A DNA stretch of 31,026 nt from positions 1 through 31,026 of the IMG/VR virus record IMGVR_UViG_3300046786_000125. One strand, written 5' to 3'. Source of the stretch: a virus (Duplodnaviria; Caudoviricetes). The stretch's first letter is position 1. Each line of letters begins with the position of its first letter. Below are positions 27,423 through 31,026 of this stretch, piece after piece. A program made the translations under genes and the position numbers. The notes beneath the pieces are model-generated. The model was not told the origin of the DNA. It saw only the letters and a program-made list of their open reading frames with translations, and did not search any database.

Positions 27423-27811
27423 GAGTGATCTCCATCTACATAAATGACACGATCTACATTTAGTCTGCCTTCGATTGCCCCACGAAAACGCTGATCAATG
27501 TCCTCGATGTCCTCACCGATTCGCACATACTCCAACGCATAGGCTGTATCTTGATTGCCAATTAATAACTCTTCGAACTCGTCGAATAACCGTTCTAAGA
27601 ACTGAATGTCTGGGTAGCTGTCGTACCACTTCCAATCTTGGCACTCGAACTTGACACCCCACCCATCGTAGTTAAACGCATTTCTTACATGCTCCGATGC
27701 TTCGCCCGCATACGCTTCGACTCGTGATCTAACAAACTCTTTGACGATAGTGTTGCAACCTATGTCGTTATTGCCATACATTAAACATACAACGCTTGAT
27801 CTATAACCCAT
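27419..27811 (-). CDS. Conserved phage hypothetical protein
   Basis: MGYRS.V...KWYDSYPD...EYVRIGED..D pattern, GAGGAG SD. Confidence 0.7.
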   Translation of the reverse strand: MGYRSSVVCLMYGNNDIGCNTIVKEFVRSRVEAYAGEASEHVRNAFNYDGWGVKFECQDWKWYDSYPDIQFLERLFDEFEELLIGNQDTAYALEYVRIGEDIEDIDQRFRGAIEGRLNVDRVIYVDGDHS

Positions 27812-28298
27812 ATCTGTTCTCCTCTATCCAATCTGAATCGCCTATTGATAATGGTTGCATTACGCCGTGCGATAACTCTATCGTGTGTTTAACATCTACC
27901 CCATACATATGGTTGCCGTACTGGTGCAGGTTGTATTTCCTACCGTCTCTACTGAGAGAGACTACCTCCATGCCATAGTCGCAAGTGCTTAGTGTGTTTA
28001 CCTTGTTCAGACCAAAGTCCTCTCTGAACTGCAACGCTGCATCTTTGAACTCCTGCAACGGTGTACCCTCTTGGCAAAATGTCCACTGAACCATCTCCAA
28101 CTCTATGATGTACCCCCGACCCTCGATGTAGTGGATGTTCACATCAGCTATCTTGTACAAGTCGAACTTGTCTATTAAGTTACTCTCTACCCACACCTTG
28201 ACCATCGCAGCACATCCCAACTGTGCAGGTAGATGTCCTTTGGCGTTGACGTTGCCGCTCTTGTTGGCGTAGAACAGAAGTTTCACAGTCTCTCTCAT
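27801..28298 (-). CDS. Hypothetical protein
   Basis: 165 aa, GGAG SD. Confidence 0.65.
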   Translation of the reverse strand: MRETVKLLFYANKSGNVNAKGHLPAQLGCAAMVKVWVESNLIDKFDLYKIADVNIHYIEGRGYIIELEMVQWTFCQEGTPLQEFKDAALQFREDFGLNKVNTLSTCDYGMEVVSLSRDGRKYNLHQYGNHMYGVDVKHTIELSHGVMQPLSIGDSDWIEENRYGL

Positions 28299-28320
28299 GA
28301 TTTATTCTCTCCGTTCATAA

Positions 28321-28548
28321 TTATTCTCCTATCCCATGCTCACCCAACCACGAGTCGTAGTCGAACTGCTTTTCTGCATCAGCCAACGCTTTGCCTTCTA
28401 GGTCTGGCATGTTCTCTGTCCATTTATGCTTTTGTTTGTTTACCGCACGGTTTATTTCGTTTAGTTCTGCGATAGACAGGTTGATTTTTTCTAGCACTAA
28501 CTGCCTATGCTCTTCTTGCTTGATGATATGTTCTTTTAGTTTTGCCAT
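28321..28548 (-). CDS. Hypothetical protein
   Basis: 75 aa, GGAAGGT SD, first gene after the 28652 promoter. Confidence 0.65.
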   Translation of the reverse strand: MAKLKEHIIKQEEHRQLVLEKINLSIAELNEINRAVNKQKHKWTENMPDLEGKALADAEKQFDYDSWLGEHGIGE

Positions 28549-28574
28549 GATGTTGCACCTTCCTTATCTTAGTG

Positions 28575-28599
28575 TTCAGGGTTAGCTGAATCGTTAAAT
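28575..28599 (-). promoter_or_regulatory. Repeated motif copy in 5' leader
   Basis: + strand TTCAG-GGTTAG-CTGAA-TCGTTAAAT. Confidence 0.7.
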
Positions 28600-28651
28600 T
28601 AAATTCTTGCTGATGACGTGCTGCTTAGATGTTGCGCCTCACGACATTATT

Positions 28652-28680
28652 ATTATACCATAACTTTACATATAGATCAA
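28652..28680 (-). promoter_or_regulatory. Sigma70-type promoter
   Basis: Minus strand TTGATC-17 nt-TATAAT. Spacer is very similar to that of the 25731 promoter. Confidence 0.75.
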
Positions 28681-28760
28681 GGGAGATATTCTTCTTTTTT
28701 ACATGATCTTGTGTTACCATTGTTTTGTTGTTCCGATTGATCTATTACATGGAGAATATT

Positions 28761-29018
28761 ATGAAAGCTGTTTTAATCCCTGAGCATTTACTCAATAAGA
28801 TTAAGAAGCGTGAGGTGTCTCGTGATGTATTTATGCAGACGCTGTTAGATATGGAAGTGGGTACGATGATTGAGGTGGAGGATGTTCAGTACAAATACAA
28901 TACGGTTAGAGGTAGGGTGAGTGATGCGAACAAGAGGTTGTACGGCAAGAGCAAGAAGTTAATTACTACAAGGCAGAGCGGGTCGCACTGTACATTAGTC
29001 TTGTGTGTTGACATATAG
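28761..29018 (+). CDS. Lone + strand small basic protein, possible DNA-binding regulator
   Basis: GGAG SD before ATG 28761. LLDMEVG..I and NTVRGRVS segments. Confidence 0.55.
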   Translation: MKAVLIPEHLLNKIKKREVSRDVFMQTLLDMEVGTMIEVEDVQYKYNTVRGRVSDANKRLYGKSKKLITTRQSGSHCTLVLCVDI

Positions 29019-29025
29019 GTGGGGC

Positions 29026-29433
29026 TGTTCCGGCGGGGTTAGCCTTGCCGGAACAAAATAGGGGAAAATCTATTACGTTCCACTGTGTTTTATGATCTGT
29101 GTTCTGGATTTTTTACGTTACCAGAACAATAACTTTTTAGACTAGGATGGCTGAAAAGCCGCATAAACACTAGACTATTAATAATAATTATTATAAAAAT
29201 ATATATATAAATAGTGTGTTCTGTTCTGGTTTGAAAAAGGTATATACCCCCCACGAGTGTTTTTTTGCACTTGCCGAGCCGTTCGAACGCTCTGCGAAAA
29301 TCACACGTTTCTGACCATACTACCTCGTGGATCACCGGAAAATCGGAACACGCAGTGGATCATAACACCCGCCTAGCAAAGTTGTTCCGGCTACTCGGCA
29401 CAAACCAGAACAGACGGCACAAAAACCAGAACA
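29026..29433. repeat. Cluster of TGTTCYGG/CCRGAACA octamers around an AT-rich tract (putative replication origin)
   Basis: Eight exact copies (29026, 29048, 29100, 29121, 29222, 29383, 29405, 29426) plus near-matches. Pure A/T run 29176-29213. Confidence 0.65.
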
Positions 29434-29482
29434 ACACTTCATTTAAGAAAAAATTAAATGATGTGGCTAGATTAACTAAGCG

Positions 29483-29507
29483 TTCAGGCTTGGCTGAAGT
29501 GTTAATT
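29483..29507 (-). promoter_or_regulatory. Repeated motif copy
   Basis: + strand TTCAG-GCTTGG-CTGAA-GTGTTAATT. Confidence 0.65.
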
Positions 29508-29569
29508 AGGCGTGGCGCTTGCGCTCGCCCGCGCGCGAGAACAAGAACTGGTTTCAAAAGCTCGGGACG

Positions 29570-29603
29570 AAAAAAAGCCCACACCGGAAAACCGGCATGG
29601 GCT
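29570..29603 (-). terminator. Rho-independent terminator
   Basis: Minus strand GCCCATGCCGG-TTTT-CCGGTGTGGGC then T7, after the 29613 stop. Confidence 0.8.
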
Positions 29604-29612
29604 AAGAGTTAC

Positions 29613-30260
29613 TTATTTCATATATTTCACTTTGAAGGCGATAATCGCATCATTCAATTTTGCTAAATCTGCGGTATCGTCATTCCCTCTGGATACTGCG
29701 GTCTTGCATCTTGTCTGCATATCGCTGAGGGTTTTCTCTACGTAGTCAACGAAGGCAAGCGTTGCCGCCCTCGTTTTTGTCTCAGGATTTAATTCCTTGA
29801 GATACTTTCTAGCTGCGGCTGATAAGTCTGCTAAACAACCAGATGAGTATTTATTCACCCGACTGCGTAAATCTTGAACAATAGCGTATAGCTGCGGGTT
29901 TTCGTTTTTCATCGCACCGAACTGCTGCTGAGTGTAACTGAAGGCACTTGCTACGCTTACTGTATAGCGCTCTTTTGGTAAATCGCCGGATAATTGCGAC
30001 ACCGGAATATAGTTACCGTCAATAACGCCGTACTCTACCGGCTGATACTTAGGCAATTCACTAGCCCGCAGTCTGAAACCCTCATTCAATTCTAAGCGGG
30101 CTTCCGGCAAGATTGTTTCAGGAAAACCGGCAATATGCTCGACTGCGAATTTGCCGTCGAGCTTTACGGCATCTGATTTTTTAGCTACTGAATAACCAAG
30201 ATCACGTAGTGATTTATAGTTAACGTCATTGGATACTGCTAGGTTTTTTGCTTTAGTCAT
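29613..30260 (-). CDS. Early hypothetical protein
   Basis: 215 aa, AAGGA SD, with its own promoter and terminator. Confidence 0.75.
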   Translation of the reverse strand: MTKAKNLAVSNDVNYKSLRDLGYSVAKKSDAVKLDGKFAVEHIAGFPETILPEARLELNEGFRLRASELPKYQPVEYGVIDGNYIPVSQLSGDLPKERYTVSVASAFSYTQQQFGAMKNENPQLYAIVQDLRSRVNKYSSGCLADLSAAARKYLKELNPETKTRAATLAFVDYVEKTLSDMQTRCKTAVSRGNDDTADLAKLNDAIIAFKVKYMK

Positions 30261-30312
30261 TTTGACTATCCTTATAAAAATTAACCGGTGCGGTATTGCA
30301 TCCGGTAATTAA

Positions 30313-30342
30313 GTTATACCTGATAACAAGACTATAAATCAA
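30313..30342 (-). promoter_or_regulatory. Sigma70-type promoter
   Basis: Minus strand TTGATT-18 nt-TATAAC. Confidence 0.6.
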
Positions 30343-30345
30343 GGT

Positions 30346-30370
30346 TTCAGGTATAGCTGAATCGTTAATT
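30346..30370 (-). promoter_or_regulatory. Repeated motif copy immediately upstream of a -35 box
   Basis: + strand TTCAG-GTATAG-CTGAA-TCGTTAATT. Confidence 0.7.
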
Positions 30371-30428
30371 AAGCCACGCGCACTCGCGCCAGCCCGCCCG
30401 CGACGACAGAAACTGGTATCAACAGGCG

Positions 30429-30452
30429 AAATAAAAGGGAGCCGAAGCTCCC
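30429..30452 (-). terminator. Rho-independent terminator
   Basis: Minus strand GGGAGC-TTCG-GCTCCC-TTTTATTT. Confidence 0.85.
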
Positions 30453-30456
30453 CGAG

Positions 30457-30669
30457 TTAATCCATTAAGCGTTGTAGGTTTGATCTTGCGGTGACTAACT
30501 TGTGTTGGTAGTAGTCGACCTCGCGCTGTAGCTTTCGCGCTTCATGCCTGATCTCTCTCAGCGTGTAGTACATATTAGGATCAGTGCCTTTCATTAAGAT
30601 TAACTGAGAGGCGGGCATTGAGAGAACGAACTCAAGCTTAGTGTTTGGGAATAAGTCTAACTGTTTCAT
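30457..30669 (-). CDS. Early hypothetical protein
   Basis: 70 aa beginning MKQLDLFP (QLDLF resembles a beta-clamp-binding motif), AAGGT SD. Confidence 0.65.
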   Translation of the reverse strand: MKQLDLFPNTKLEFVLSMPASQLILMKGTDPNMYYTLREIRHEARKLQREVDYYQHKLVTARSNLQRLMD

Positions 30670-30720
30670 AGCGTTACCTTTCTAATAAGATGAGGGCTGA
30701 GCGGCAGCCCTCTTACCGTG

Positions 30721-30909
30721 TTACCAACGAGCAGTCATCAGTCTGCCACGCTTACCTATCATCACCCGTGCATCGTACGGATACAACCTAGACCACTCGA
30801 GTGCTTCATCTTCATCCTTAAAGAATTTGACTTGCTTTACTGTACGCCACTCGATACAGACCATGTAGCAAGTTAACCATAACCATAGAGTTCTAATGCG
30901 TTCGATCAT
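30721..30909 (-). CDS. Early hypothetical protein
   Basis: Likely start ATG 30909 (MIERIRTL) after AAGGTGA. Confidence 0.6.
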   Translation of the reverse strand: MIERIRTLWLWLTCYMVCIEWRTVKQVKFFKDEDEALEWSRLYPYDARVMIGKRGRLMTARW

Positions 30910-30957
30910 GTGATCACCTTTCTTGTTAAGCGTTGCACTATTGCATCGCATGATTAT

Positions 30958-30987
30958 GTTATACCTGATAGGTATGGCATATGTAAA
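30958..30987 (-). promoter_or_regulatory. Sigma70-type promoter
   Basis: Minus strand TTTACA-18 nt-TATAAC. Shares the 13-mer TATCAGGTATAAC with the 30313 promoter. Confidence 0.65.
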
Positions 30988-31026
30988 GTTTTCCGCCCTA
31001 TAGGACGACCCCCACCCCCCAAAATA

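Noticed and set aside
29090-29745. ORF-track ORFs 29090-29335, 29265-29666, 29360-29584 and 29512-29745
   Set aside because: They run through repeats, an A/T tract and a terminator, lack SDs and have unnatural composition.
30692-30712. Hairpin GAGGGCTG-N5-CAGCCCTC as a terminator
   Set aside because: No clear U tract directly after the stem. It may be a processing or stability hairpin, which cannot be supported here.
1-31026. tRNA, integrase/att site, intron/intein, or stop-codon recoding
   Set aside because: None recognised by eye. Core genes are uninterrupted, of normal size, and read with the standard code.

Overview
About 31 kb of a tailed dsDNA phage genome (podovirus-like layout, roughly 40-45% GC by eye). 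The left 7.5 kb (+ strand) holds the end of the virion module: internal virion/ejection-type proteins, including a 2194-aa polyvalent protein. It meets, stop to stop, a long minus-strand block. That block carries replication genes (primase-helicase, HTH, SSB-like, SNF2 helicase, HNH-like, PD-(D/E)XK nuclease, family A DNA polymerase), many small accessory genes, a VRR-NUC, and an AAA ATPase/metallopeptidase-vWA pair. It ends in an early region with sigma70-type promoters, terminators and a probable origin. No integrase, terminase, intact capsid gene, tRNA or CRISPR array is visible. Main candidate novelty: a shingled array of 4-5 mini-genes (14163-14880) in the replication block, each resembling a different, out-of-order fragment of a major capsid protein and linked by a short DNA repeat (possible capsid decoy/interference system). 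Also notable: a 7-copy oriented palindromic motif, a repeat-flanked AT-rich origin candidate, an overprinted gene in the giant virion protein, and a small-gene cassette array with identical 12-bp junctions. Family assignments come from motif recognition and memory; no searches were run.
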